This document shows positions 27,443 through 37,535 of a stretch of DNA of 64,000 nucleotides, piece by piece. Source of the stretch: Dyadobacter pollutisoli. Its GTDB lineage: Bacteria > Bacteroidota > Bacteroidia > Cytophagales > Spirosomataceae. Below the pieces are notes generated by a model that made no database searches, was not told where the DNA came from, and saw only the letters and a list, made by a program, of their open reading frames with translations. The stretch spans positions 6,603,194 through 6,667,193 of the forward strand of contig NZ_CP112998.1 of NCBI RefSeq assembly GCF_026625565.1. Direction: 5' to 3'. A program made the translations under genes and the position numbers. The first letter of the stretch is position 1; every line of letters starts with the position of its first letter.

Positions 27443-30400
27443 CTACTGTTTCACAATTCGGTGAGTGGCGATACTTCCATCGGTGTAGGTAATTTGGATG
27501 ATGTACAATCCAGCGGTCAGCTTGCTGGTATTGATTTCCCTGGCTGCGGTCTCTTCCTTGACCAGGTTGCCATCGGTATCGAAAATTCGGATGTTGCTGA
27601 TTTTGCTTAAATCTTCTATCCGCAGGTTCAATGTATTTTCAACGGTAACCGGATTAGGATAGAGTGCGACTTTTTCGTCCTCGTCAAAAATTACACTCTG
27701 AATGCGACTGTAAGCAAAAGTGCTGTCTGCATCCACCATTTTTAACCTGTACAGGTTCTCGCCGCCCATTGGATTGACATCAATAAACGAATAGGATTTT
27801 AGCGAATCACTTTCTCCCATTGCCTGCTCAGAACCTATTTTCATCCATTGTTTTCCGTCCGGGCTGCGTTCAATATCAAATCGCTCACTGTTAGTTTCGT
27901 TAGTAGTCGACCATTTCAACAATGCAGAGTCTTCTAGTTTTGTCGCAATGAATTCCAGTAGCGTCACAGGCAATGCTGATTCAGCCAACAGCACCAGTGT
28001 GCTGGCCGCGATACTGCCAGTGGGCGCCAGGGCGGCACATTCTATTACTTGTCCGGCATAGTTGTAGCAATAAGAAGAGCGCACTGCTCCGGCTGCATTG
28101 GCGGTACGGGTGCTTTTGAGGCGATTGAAATCGTCGTATTCATAGAAAATGACTTTTGAATTCACATCTGACTCTGTCTCAACCCCCACCAGGGGCTTGT
28201 AAGTATAGGCGGAAGAATGCGGCAGCGAGGTTCCTTCAAAATCAGTGCGCTTTTTCAACAGATCTGTTTTGCCAATATCCGCTACGCCGAAGTATTCCAA
28301 CTTGGTCGTCGACCCGTTCCGCTCTTTATAGGTGAGTAAATTTCCTCTTGCGTCATAAGTAAGAAATTCAATGCTGGTCGTCATCGCTATCGGTAAGTTC
28401 GTGCCAACACCGTTCTCGACTTTTTTGGGAAGATAAAATCCATTGAACAAGCCAAAAGTGACATTTTGAAGTTTCAATGCAATCGGCGTCATTTCAGTAC
28501 CAGTATAATTGAAAACTGTAAGCGGCGTACCGATCTGGTTTTTTGCCGTCATTGCAACGCTGACTGCATCATTGGAATTGGGAGGATAGACATACCAGGT
28601 TTTTAGCTCTTTGCCTTCACTATCCGTTTGTCCCTGAATATGAATTTGCCCGGTTGGCCAATAGCTGTAATTTTTAATGACCGGCGCGGAAAATTGTGCA
28701 GGACTGTCCTGATCATACGTTGTCGTGATTTCCTGCGAAGGCAGGAATTTCCTTACGTCGATCAGATATGCTGTTCCTTCATACACCCTGTGGTCTCCGT
28801 CACACAAATACTTTAACAAAGTTTTCTCCGCACGGGCCGAATAATCCGTCAGGTTGCCGACCAGAGCATATTGATAGGCAGTCTTCGCAACCCTGTCGGC
28901 GTTTTGAAGATAATGCTCTTCCGAAATCATTTTCCCTCGCTGAAAAGCCGCACTTATATAAGGCTGATAGGCCGTGCTGCTCACCTGTAACGTGCCCGAC
29001 GGTGCAGTGTCCAAATACCCATTGTCGAAATTGGTGAATTTGTAAACTGTCCAGCCGCCTGTGTAACTGCTTTCCACAACTTCTGAATAGCCAATATGCG
29101 ACCCGTAGCTATTTTCCGAACCTGGCAATACGGATTGAGTAGAGAAAATATTTTCAGTATAAGTGAAATTGTCGCCCGGTTTCGGTTGATAGCCAGCCCA
29201 ATAATATTGCGCTTTACCACCAAGCACCCCGCTTGAAAGCAGAGGAGCGTTGGGTGAAGCAGGATTAAAACCTGAGACATAAGAGTAGCTCTTAATTACA
29301 TCTGATCCGGCGATATTAGGGTCGTAACTTTTAATTTGTTTGATACGGAGACCACCGGCTAGTTTATCCGTAACATAGGTATCCAGCTCCGTCCATCGCT
29401 TTTCCTTTACTTCTTTTGAATAGGTATGTGGCTCAAAAGTAAATTCGGCAAAACCACCGGTGGGATACTTAATTTTCGTCAAAGTGCTCAATTTAACGTA
29501 CTTACTATCCGCGTCTGGCGAACGAAAGGTCGCGCCATAAGAAGTGAAAAAGTTTGGAATGTTGAAATCGACAGCTGCTATCAGTTTCCCATTGTTATAG
29601 CCCCAATGGTCGGCATGCGTCCTGGCATAGGGTGGCAGGGTAATGCCGGCCGAAGTGAAATAAGTGAATTCGTAGGCAGGTAGCACTTTGGCGCCGGATT
29701 TCTCCTGCACTTTCTGCAACATAAGCCGCTCGGTAGCTAGATTGTTGTAGGTAAATTCGAATTCCTTCAAGGTTGTTCCACTCGGGTTCTGAATCTGGAT
29801 TTTGTCAAGCTTACGCCATTGTAAAGCGGCTAGCAGATCCGCAAGCGGCGGATTTGTCTCCACGCAGGCTCCGGATTTGACAGGATAAAAGCAAGGGTAT
29901 AAATACGTTAGAATATCCAGCGTGCGGCTGTTTCCGGCTCCTGGTCCTGAGGCTTTGTTCCAATTCACATAAGCATCGAAGATAGCCTGGTCATACCGGA
30001 GCTCTGTACTTTGGGACGACGTAAACTTGACCTTATAGTTGTCGCTTGCAATCTCTTTCAGGTAAATGGGAGAAATAAGTTTGCCGTTGATGGGACCATT
30101 GACGGGGAAGAGAGAAGGATTGGATTCACATTCGGCATCCAGACTTCCGCCACCGTCCACACTATATTGTCCCTGATAGAGCGCAAAGTACATTTGGGCA
30201 ACCATTGCACCCCTTTCGTAAGTAAAGTTAGTAACCTGACCAGTAGCTTTTGTGATCGACTTTAAATACCAGGCATTACAGTTCCATGTTTCGGAGCCCT
30301 GTGCGAAAAAGTCCATACCATACTCCATATACGCATTAGTGCCGCCAAATTCATACTTTGTTCCCCACTCGTCAGTGATGAAAAATCCTTTGGCGTGTGC

Positions 30401-31081
30401 CCGGTAGTTGGCCTGATTCTTCCATACACTAAAAACCTCTACGTGGGTATTTGTAGGAGGTGTGAATGGCGGGTAGGTGTCCATTGCGAGAGAGCTCAAT
30501 TCCACCTTTACCGGCCGGTTACACAAGACTTTAAATTTGCCATCGTGCCCCCAATAAAACTTTCCGGAAATTCCCGGCAGGTTAAAGGAATATTCATCGG
30601 GTTCCATATCCCTTCCCAAAGCGCTGTTATCCGCAATGGATTTGATGCCAGCCTGCGTATTCCAGTTGTTATCATTGACCAGGTTTGCAGTGAAAAGATA
30701 GCCCAGTTTACCACGGCTGTCTTCATAAGGGCAGTCGTCAGGACCGTCTTTAATGGTCCGTACAACCGCATAGTTTGTTGAGAGATTAAAATTTAATCCA
30801 ACCCAACCCGGATGTGCGTCCGGGCGTACACCCGAAGCATCATAATGCAAGGATATTGGTATTTCCAACCCTTGTTCGGATAAAGTATGCAGGTTCACCC
30901 CAATGTCTGGTTTTCCGGTAAAGTGGGAAATCGGGATATTGCCGTAGATGCCTAAGCTGGCGGTTGTGGGGCTTTGGATTGTTTTAGGCGGCTCGGGAAT
31001 CTGAGAATGGGCCGAAAGTGAAAAAAGTAATCCGTGTGCCAGAAAATAGATCCATTTTCCGGGTTTGTGAAGAAAAATCAT
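27443..31081 (-). CDS. SpvB/TcB-N-terminal-like secreted protein with T9SS C-terminal sorting domain (1212 aa)
   Basis: Signal peptide; N-terminal IPISHFTGKPDIGVNLHTL...IPISLHYDASG...GWVGLNFNLS resembles the SpvB/Tc-toxin B N-terminal domain; C-terminal type-A T9SS CTD (LYPNPVTVENTLNL...GLYIIQITYTDG...RIVKQ). Confidence 0.7.
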   Translation of the reverse strand: MIFLHKPGKWIYFLAHGLLFSLSAHSQIPEPPKTIQSPTTASLGIYGNIPISHFTGKPDIGVNLHTLSEQGLEIPISLHYDASGVRPDAHPGWVGLNFNLSTNYAVVRTIKDGPDDCPYEDSRGKLGYLFTANLVNDNNWNTQAGIKSIADNSALGRDMEPDEYSFNLPGISGKFYWGHDGKFKVLCNRPVKVELSSLAMDTYPPFTPPTNTHVEVFSVWKNQANYRAHAKGFFITDEWGTKYEFGGTNAYMEYGMDFFAQGSETWNCNAWYLKSITKATGQVTNFTYERGAMVAQMYFALYQGQYSVDGGGSLDAECESNPSLFPVNGPINGKLISPIYLKEIASDNYKVKFTSSQSTELRYDQAIFDAYVNWNKASGPGAGNSRTLDILTYLYPCFYPVKSGACVETNPPLADLLAALQWRKLDKIQIQNPSGTTLKEFEFTYNNLATERLMLQKVQEKSGAKVLPAYEFTYFTSAGITLPPYARTHADHWGYNNGKLIAAVDFNIPNFFTSYGATFRSPDADSKYVKLSTLTKIKYPTGGFAEFTFEPHTYSKEVKEKRWTELDTYVTDKLAGGLRIKQIKSYDPNIAGSDVIKSYSYVSGFNPASPNAPLLSSGVLGGKAQYYWAGYQPKPGDNFTYTENIFSTQSVLPGSENSYGSHIGYSEVVESSYTGGWTVYKFTNFDNGYLDTAPSGTLQVSSTAYQPYISAAFQRGKMISEEHYLQNADRVAKTAYQYALVGNLTDYSARAEKTLLKYLCDGDHRVYEGTAYLIDVRKFLPSQEITTTYDQDSPAQFSAPVIKNYSYWPTGQIHIQGQTDSEGKELKTWYVYPPNSNDAVSVAMTAKNQIGTPLTVFNYTGTEMTPIALKLQNVTFGLFNGFYLPKKVENGVGTNLPIAMTTSIEFLTYDARGNLLTYKERNGSTTKLEYFGVADIGKTDLLKKRTDFEGTSLPHSSAYTYKPLVGVETESDVNSKVIFYEYDDFNRLKSTRTANAAGAVRSSYCYNYAGQVIECAALAPTGSIAASTLVLLAESALPVTLLEFIATKLEDSALLKWSTTNETNSERFDIERSPDGKQWMKIGSEQAMGESDSLKSYSFIDVNPMGGENLYRLKMVDADSTFAYSRIQSVIFDEDEKVALYPNPVTVENTLNLRIEDLSKISNIRIFDTDGNLVKEETAAREINTSKLTAGLYIIQITYTDGSIATHRIVKQ

Positions 31082-31241
31082 GCGAGAAAGGTGTCTAAAA
31101 AGATGAATAAATATTTCTATTATTCATTTAGACGTAGCTTCTCAAAAGGGTAACAAATATTTCTAAACGCAAAAAAGCATTCATTCCGATTCAGTACCGG
31201 GAATCAATGCTTTTGAAAATTTACTCTGATCCTTAGCCTGC

Positions 31242-32759
31242 TTACTCAGCTTTTCCGGAACCTTTTGGAGGTACATTTCCCGGTAATTCCGGGTTTGTTC
31301 CTTTCAAGTAATCGGGAAGGTTAAGTCCCGCCATGTTGAAAAGATCATTGAGCGGAGGAACGGTTTTCATCATGCCGGATACAAAATTGGCGGTAGAAGA
31401 ACTGTCCCCGCTACCATTTCCTGAATCCCAAACTGTGATTTTATCGATTTTGATATTTTTCACAGCTTCTACCTGTGTCTTCACCAATTCAGGCAATTTC
31501 TCCAATAGTAGTAATTGGAAAGCCTTCGACGGGTCGCCGCCCGCTGCCTTTACTACTTCTCTGTAACCTTCGGCCTGCTTGGTCAGAATTTCATACAAAC
31601 CACGGGCCTCAGCATCCATCTTGGCGAATATAGCATCTGCCTCGCCCTTAGCATTTTCTCGTATTCTTTCTGCTTCGGCCTGTGCGTCAATAATTGCTTT
31701 TTGTTTGGCAATTTCCGCCGGGACCACCACATTGGCGATCTGAGTGGAGCGTTCCCTTTCCGATCGGGCCAATTCCGCTTTTTGTTCCGCAAGATATGCT
31801 TCTTCCAAAGCTTTTGCTTGCTGTACCTTTTCTGCTGAGATGGCTATTCGCAGCGATTCAGCTTCTTTTTCACGGCGTAAGGCCTCAGAATTCGCAATAT
31901 CAATCTTCGCGGCATTCTCCCCCTGAACAGCTATTGCGTTTGCCTCCGAAGTTTTCACCCGGGTATCTCTGGTTGCCTCCGCCCTTCCGATCGCCTCGTC
32001 CTTAGCCGCCGACGCAATACTAATTTCCCTGTCCTTATTCGTAATGGCAATTTTCACATCACGGTCGCGATGCGTTTCTGCAATTTGTACGTCACGCTCA
32101 CGGTCTGCCATGGCTTTACCTGTTTCTCCGATTTTTTCCTGTTCCGCCACACTGATCTTGGCTTCATTGATTGCTTTCGCTGCGGCTTCCTTACCTAATG
32201 CCTCAATGTACCCAGATTCGTCCCTGATATCGGTAACATTCACATTGATAAGCCTTAACCCGATCTTCTTTAACTCATTATCAACGTTTTTAGAAATATT
32301 ATCCAGAAACTTATCCCGGTCGGAATTGATCTCCTCGATCGTCATTGTAGCAATAACCAATCGAAGCTGTCCGAAAAGAATATCCTTCGAAAGCTCCTGT
32401 ATTTGGTCAGGAGTAAGCCCAAGCAAACGTTCAGCGGCATTGTTCATGCTGTCCGTTTCAGTCGAGATCGCGATCGTAAAACGACACGGAACATCCACAC
32501 GGATATTCTGACGGCTGAGGGCATTCGTCAGGTTTGCTTCTATTGAAATTGGTTTTAGGTCCAGAAACGCGTAGTCCTGGATCACCGGCCAGATAAATTC
32601 GCCGCCGCCATGGATACATTTCGCAGAAGTACCTCCCGTACGCCCATATACGACCAGGATTTTATCGGACGGACACCTTTTATATCTTGAAATAAGCGCC
32701 GCAACTGAAACAAAAATAACGATGACTGCTACGAACAATACGATTAGAGAGCCTGACAT
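31242..32759 (-). CDS. Flotillin/SPFH (band 7) family protein, YqiK-like
   Basis: N-terminal TM, SPFH domain, long Ala/Glu-rich coiled-coil (AEQKAELARSERERSTQIANV...AEAERIRENAKGEADAI). Confidence 0.85.
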   Translation of the reverse strand: MSGSLIVLFVAVIVIFVSVAALISRYKRCPSDKILVVYGRTGGTSAKCIHGGGEFIWPVIQDYAFLDLKPISIEANLTNALSRQNIRVDVPCRFTIAISTETDSMNNAAERLLGLTPDQIQELSKDILFGQLRLVIATMTIEEINSDRDKFLDNISKNVDNELKKIGLRLINVNVTDIRDESGYIEALGKEAAAKAINEAKISVAEQEKIGETGKAMADRERDVQIAETHRDRDVKIAITNKDREISIASAAKDEAIGRAEATRDTRVKTSEANAIAVQGENAAKIDIANSEALRREKEAESLRIAISAEKVQQAKALEEAYLAEQKAELARSERERSTQIANVVVPAEIAKQKAIIDAQAEAERIRENAKGEADAIFAKMDAEARGLYEILTKQAEGYREVVKAAGGDPSKAFQLLLLEKLPELVKTQVEAVKNIKIDKITVWDSGNGSGDSSSTANFVSGMMKTVPPLNDLFNMAGLNLPDYLKGTNPELPGNVPPKGSGKAE

Positions 32760-32852
32760 GAAAGACGAAAATTAATTGATGAATAATGTGAGAATATAAT
32801 TTTGAAGTAAGCGAAAGTTGACTAAGTGAGAAAGAAACTAATTTTAATCAAG

Positions 32853-33491
32853 TTATAATCTTTGTACGACAACCAGATTGTCACTTTCCACTTTACAGAC
32901 CCGGATCAATGTTCCGGGTATAATTCTATCTTCTTCGGTAACTGCGTCCAATTCGCGGAAAGAGCCTTTTACACTCACCTGTACCTTGCCCTTTCCCTGT
33001 TTTTGCCCCGGAATGGTGAGGTAAACTTCTCCTGTTTTTTGTAAGGCGCTATTAATGTTAAAAGTATTATTCTCTGCAAGCTTTTGTATTTGCCCCATGG
33101 TGATGAAAAATAAAAAGACAAACCCTGCACCTACACCCACAGCCAGGGCGATCAGGATTCCTTTGTTACTAATGGTTTGGAAGAAAGCTACGCCGGTCCA
33201 GCCGAAGCCAAGGAGGAAATTGATCAGGTTACGAAAAGTGAATAACTGAAAAGGCGCGTCCCCTATATCCAGATCTCCGTCAAAATCGGCATCCAGCCCA
33301 TCTGACGAATCCATTCCGGCAAAAGTCATGACGGCCAGGATTACAAATATGAGGCTTACCGAGAGGGCAATGTACCAGAATATACGATGTAGGGATTCCA
33401 AATCACCAAACAGGTCCATAAAACTTGCAACGATTAGTGAGAAGCTGATATCAATTTTTAAATATAATTCATTAGACGGACCTTTTCTCAA
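32853..33491 (-). CDS. NfeD/YqiJ-like membrane protein, partner of flotillin
   Basis: Membrane N-half plus C-terminal OB-fold-like tail (GKVQVSVKGSFRELDAVTEEDRIIPGTLIRVCKVESDNLVV); located upstream in the same operon as the flotillin gene. Confidence 0.65.
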   Translation of the reverse strand: MRKGPSNELYLKIDISFSLIVASFMDLFGDLESLHRIFWYIALSVSLIFVILAVMTFAGMDSSDGLDADFDGDLDIGDAPFQLFTFRNLINFLLGFGWTGVAFFQTISNKGILIALAVGVGAGFVFLFFITMGQIQKLAENNTFNINSALQKTGEVYLTIPGQKQGKGKVQVSVKGSFRELDAVTEEDRIIPGTLIRVCKVESDNLVVVQRL

Positions 33492-33766
33492 TAAGTAACG
33501 GTTCTTGCCAAAATGTAAACAAAGAATTTAGTTGTTGGACATATCGCATTGGGTTGGTAAGGAGGCCTAAACAAAAAATGCCGATCTCAGACCGGTATTT
33601 TCAATGTTAAAACTCTACGCTTTTCGACGTTGGTCGATATAATCGGGTCAGACGTGGAGGTTTTCGTGAGACTAAAACAAACTCAGCTGTGTAGTTTTCA
33701 TTGGATGAAATGTGCCAATTATTAAAAATGGGTTGCGTCCAGTATTATGGAACTCACGAGTAGTTC

Positions 33767-34483
33767 CTAAAAATAAATGCAAATCTTTCGTTTTTGCAAA
33801 GTCCTCAAAATATTTTTTCCTAACTTTTTCGCATGCTCTTTGTTCATTTCCTTCATGCTCAGCCAACATTCTCCAATCTCCCAGTCTTCAATCATCAAAG
33901 TACTTTCAGTGCCACCCTCGCTACTGAACTTATAGGAAAATTTATATGGCAGTTTTCGAACAACCTCAAATGGATTTTCAGAGTTCGAGAATAAATTCAA
34001 CTGATTAGCTCGCGCTTTCAGAGCTTCGAGTTTATTTTTGTCCCATGTCCTTGCGACACTCTCAATTGTGAAGTCCAGAATCGCCTTTGGTTTGAAAACG
34101 GCCAATGAAATATACTGTTTTGGATCCCTCGCTTTGGCGATTAACTCTGTTATGTTTGTATGAACATTTTTAAGAACGATCTCTTTTCTGGCCCTCCAAG
34201 TACCTTTCTCAGTCCCAATCTCACCAACTATTTTAAAAGCGGTATCAATGGATCTAGGACGGTAGCTTTCCGACCGAAAGTCAGACCTATTCTTTTCCAA
34301 ATCCACTTCAACCCAGTCATATTTGCTGTACTGACTCTCATAATCAAGCTTTCGAAACGGTATTGGATAGATTCTGATCCAGCTTCCGTCTTCAAGAAAA
34401 CCTGCCGTGCAGACTAATTCATCGTACTTATTTGATAGTGTGGGGTAAGTTTTGACCGCGACCAAAACTTTTGTTAGTGCCAT
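33767..34483 (-). CDS. Hypothetical protein (238 aa), second gene of the orphan two-gene module
   Basis: ORF separated by 1 nt from the upstream DUF488 gene; no signal peptide; no domain recognised. Confidence 0.6.
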   Translation of the reverse strand: MALTKVLVAVKTYPTLSNKYDELVCTAGFLEDGSWIRIYPIPFRKLDYESQYSKYDWVEVDLEKNRSDFRSESYRPRSIDTAFKIVGEIGTEKGTWRARKEIVLKNVHTNITELIAKARDPKQYISLAVFKPKAILDFTIESVARTWDKNKLEALKARANQLNLFSNSENPFEVVRKLPYKFSYKFSSEGGTESTLMIEDWEIGECWLSMKEMNKEHAKKLGKNILRTLQKRKICIYF

Positions 34484-34484
34484 T

Positions 34485-35370
34485 CTAGATATGTTTTAAT
34501 TCAAAATTCCATTCGGGTAGTTTTATAATTGCTTCTGCTAAATGTTTTCTGTGGCACTGGCAAATATTTGCTTCAAAGCAAGTTAGTGCAATTCGCTTTT
34601 TTTCTTTCAATAAGTTAAGGATTTGCTCCTGATGGCTTATTGTCTCTTGCAAATTCTGTTTTCTGTAAATTTCAAATAGCTTGTCGTAGTCTTTTTGAGT
34701 ATTAAGTTCTTGCCTTTGGTCAGATTGAATCCCTACTTCTGGGATATGCAGGTAATCAATTCCCAAATTCTCACAAAATTTTTTTAATTGCTTTTTAGAA
34801 AACCCGAACTTCATACTCAATGGGTTATTTCTAACATCAACCAAAATCTTTACGTCATTTTTAACAAGCCGATTTAGATATTCTTCCCAGAGAAATTCCC
34901 TCATATCCAATGGTATATAAAACCGTTTTATCATTAACCGGTTTTGCTCTTAAAACGCTCTCATATTGCTCATTAGAAAGAATTTGCTTGGCTTTGACAC
35001 TGTTTATTGAATAGTATTGATAGTTCAGATACGTCAGTTTGATCAGTAAATCTGTTGTCAAATTTCCGTAAGAGTTTCTAATATCAATTAAGATTTTTTT
35101 ATCCTTTTCATTCAGCAACTTAATATAATTATCGGAGCCAATTTTGGTGTAGCTCGCCTGATCTTCTGATAATTGGCCGTGCCCAACCATTGCAACTAGG
35201 TCCGCATTAGCCGAAAAGGAATAGCAACCGTATTTGTAGGGCACAAAATCGTAAACTTGTTTTGATTGTCTTTCGGTAAAAAGGAAAAGCAGCTTTTGGA
35301 GGGAGATTTTAGGCAAATGTCCATCAAAGGCTTGTAGTAAGGCCAGTATAATTTTTCGTCTGTAGAACAT
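34485..35370 (-). pseudogene. Frameshifted fusion gene: N-terminal Panacea(DUF4065)-like(?) domain plus C-terminal DUF488 domain
   Basis: ORF 34861..35370 ends ...KTVLYTIGYEGISL, which matches the DUF488 start iyTIGhs. The overlapping ORF 34485..34934 continues ...REFLWEEYLNRLVKNDVKILVDVRNNPLSMKF...LGIDYLHIPEVG, the DUF488 core. The two frames join if one G is removed from GAGGGAA (plus-strand CCC at 34898-34900). The N-domain ISLQKLLFLF...FVPYKYGCYS is weakly Panacea-like. Confidence 0.6.
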
Positions 35371-35648
35371 GCTGTAAAGGTAAAGAAATAGTCACAAAGA
35401 CGTTCCAAGTTTGCAAACGGATGAACCAACGGCATCCCGTTCCCAAATATCCCCCTAACACAATTTGCTTTTCTCACAACAAAATCAGCATATTCGCATT
35501 CCCAATTAAATAAGCATAAAATGAAAAATCTAGTAAGTATTGCCCTGTTATGGTGTGGATCAAGTGAAAACTCCTGGGCGCCTACATGCGGGCGCGGGAC
35601 ACCTAAGACAGGGCATTTTTAATTTTTTTTCTTCCCAAAAAACCAGCA

Positions 35649-35894
35649 TTGATGAACAAAACACACTTTACCGAGTCTCCGGACCCGATGTGCGTGGCCT
35701 ATGGTCAGCAAGTACAACAATTATTTGAGCTCAACACGCCCGCCGAAATGGCCGAGCATCTGTGGGAGATTTACAGCGGTTTTCAGAGTTATGATCAGGA
35801 AGCCGGTCACAGTCCGCGCAAGCTGGACATCTTCTACACATTTCGTGATCTGCTGTTTTTTTGCCAGAATATGGCAGCATTAAAGGCGGCGTAA
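35649..35894 (+). CDS. Hypothetical small protein (81 aa)
   Basis: Coding-like composition and own downstream hairpin terminator; no homology recognised. Confidence 0.35.
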   Translation: MMNKTHFTESPDPMCVAYGQQVQQLFELNTPAEMAEHLWEIYSGFQSYDQEAGHSPRKLDIFYTFRDLLFFCQNMAALKAA

Positions 35895-35919
35895 TTAATA
35901 AACGTCCGATATAAAGAAG

Positions 35920-35953
35920 AATGCCCAGGTAATAGAAAAATCACCTGGGCATT
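35920..35953. terminator. Bidirectional terminator hairpin between the 81-aa ORF and asnS
   Basis: AATGCCCAGGT...ACCTGGGCATT 11-bp stem, T-rich on both flanks. Confidence 0.6.
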
Positions 35954-35963
35954 TATTTTGCTT

Positions 35964-37400
35964 TTAAAACTCTGCGCTTTTCGGATATCTCGGGAATGGA
36001 ATCACATCCCGAATATTACCCATACCCGTCACAAACAGTACCAAACGCTCAAATCCAAGCCCGAAGCCGGAGTGCGGTGCGGTGCCGAATTTACGGGTTT
36101 CGAGGTACCACCAGATTGTCTGGGGATCGATTCCTACTTCGTGAACGCGTTCCAGAAGTTTGTCATAATTATCCTCACGCTGGCTTCCTCCAATGATTTC
36201 TCCAATGCCCGGGAAAAGGACGTCCATCGCGCGTACCGTTTTCCCATCCTCATCGAGTTTCATGTAAAATGATTTGATTTCTCTCGGATAGTTGGTCAGG
36301 ATAACCGGCTTTTTGAAATGTTTTTCAACCAGATAACGCTCATGCTCGCTGGAAAGGTCGATTCCCCAGCCAACAGGATACTGGAATTTCTTCTCTTTAT
36401 GTGGTTTTGATTTCAATAAAATATCAATGGCCTCCGTATAAGTCAGACGTTCGAAAGGATTGTCAACAACAAAACTCAGCTTTTCGAGCAATGGCAGCGA
36501 ACGTTCATTTTGCGGTTTGCTTTTTTCTTCTTCCGCCAGCCTGTTCTGTAAAAAGTTCAGGTCATCCTTGCAGTTAACCAGGGCATAACTAATGACCGTT
36601 TTGACAAAATCTTCGGCCAGGTCCATATTGTCTTCCAACTCAAAAAATGCCATTTCCGGCTCTATCATCCAAAATTCGGCCAGGTGACGGGTCGTATTGG
36701 AATTTTCGGCTCGGAAAGTTGGGCCAAATGTATATATCTTGGAAAGTGCCATGGCACCCAGTTCGCCTTCCAATTGTCCCGAGACAGTCAGGTTGGCTTC
36801 ACGACCAAAAAAGTCCTCTTTGAAGTTAATAGCGCCTTCTTCGGTTCTCGGTAACTTGTTAAGATCCAATGTAGTAACACGGAACATTTCTCCTGCACCC
36901 TCAGCGTCCGACGCCGTAATGATCGGCGTATGTAGGTAAAAGAAACCCTTATCATTGAAATATTGGTGAACCGCAAAAGCCAGCGCGTGACGAATGCGAA
37001 GGATCGCCCCGAAAGTGTTGGTACGCGGACGCAAATGCGCTATTTCACGAAGAAATTCAAGCGAATGCTTCTTAGGCTGCAATGGATACGCATCAGGATC
37101 GGCAGTTCCGTAAACCAGAATATCCTCTATTTTTACCTCAACGGTTTGTCCTGAACCCAGCGACGCTACTAACTGCCCCGTTATTTTAAGGCATGAGCCC
37201 GTAGTAACAGTTTGCAGCAATTCCGCAGAAAACTGACCCGGCTCAGCAACCGCCTGTATATTATGGATGGTGGAACCGTCATTCAACGCGATAAAAATTG
37301 CGTTTTTGCTCTCTCTTTTAGTCCTTACCCAGCCTTTGAGAACAACAGCTTGTTGCTCAGGAGCGGTTTGTAGTATTTCTTTGATTTGCAACGGTCCCAT
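35964..37400 (-). CDS. asnS: Asparagine--tRNA ligase
   Basis: Near-colinear with E. coli AsnRS: [72 protein letters not shown]; 478 aa. Confidence 0.95.
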   Translation of the reverse strand: MGPLQIKEILQTAPEQQAVVLKGWVRTKRESKNAIFIALNDGSTIHNIQAVAEPGQFSAELLQTVTTGSCLKITGQLVASLGSGQTVEVKIEDILVYGTADPDAYPLQPKKHSLEFLREIAHLRPRTNTFGAILRIRHALAFAVHQYFNDKGFFYLHTPIITASDAEGAGEMFRVTTLDLNKLPRTEEGAINFKEDFFGREANLTVSGQLEGELGAMALSKIYTFGPTFRAENSNTTRHLAEFWMIEPEMAFFELEDNMDLAEDFVKTVISYALVNCKDDLNFLQNRLAEEEKSKPQNERSLPLLEKLSFVVDNPFERLTYTEAIDILLKSKPHKEKKFQYPVGWGIDLSSEHERYLVEKHFKKPVILTNYPREIKSFYMKLDEDGKTVRAMDVLFPGIGEIIGGSQREDNYDKLLERVHEVGIDPQTIWWYLETRKFGTAPHSGFGLGFERLVLFVTGMGNIRDVIPFPRYPKSAEF

Positions 37401-37535
37401 TTTCTTGTCAATTCAATCTTTAATTTTTCTGAAAGCTTCCTACGATCCGGTTTTACGAATGAGGCGCAAAATTACAAATTACCCTACGAAAACCTATTCT
37501 GAAAGCCTAACTTACTTTTCTGTGTGGCATACTGA

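Noticed and set aside
31333-32511. Several plus-strand ORFs (up to 155 aa) opposite the flotillin gene
   Set aside because: Antisense to an Ala/Glu-rich coiled-coil gene. The translations are Ser/Leu/Phe-rich with no features. This is typical antisense artefact.
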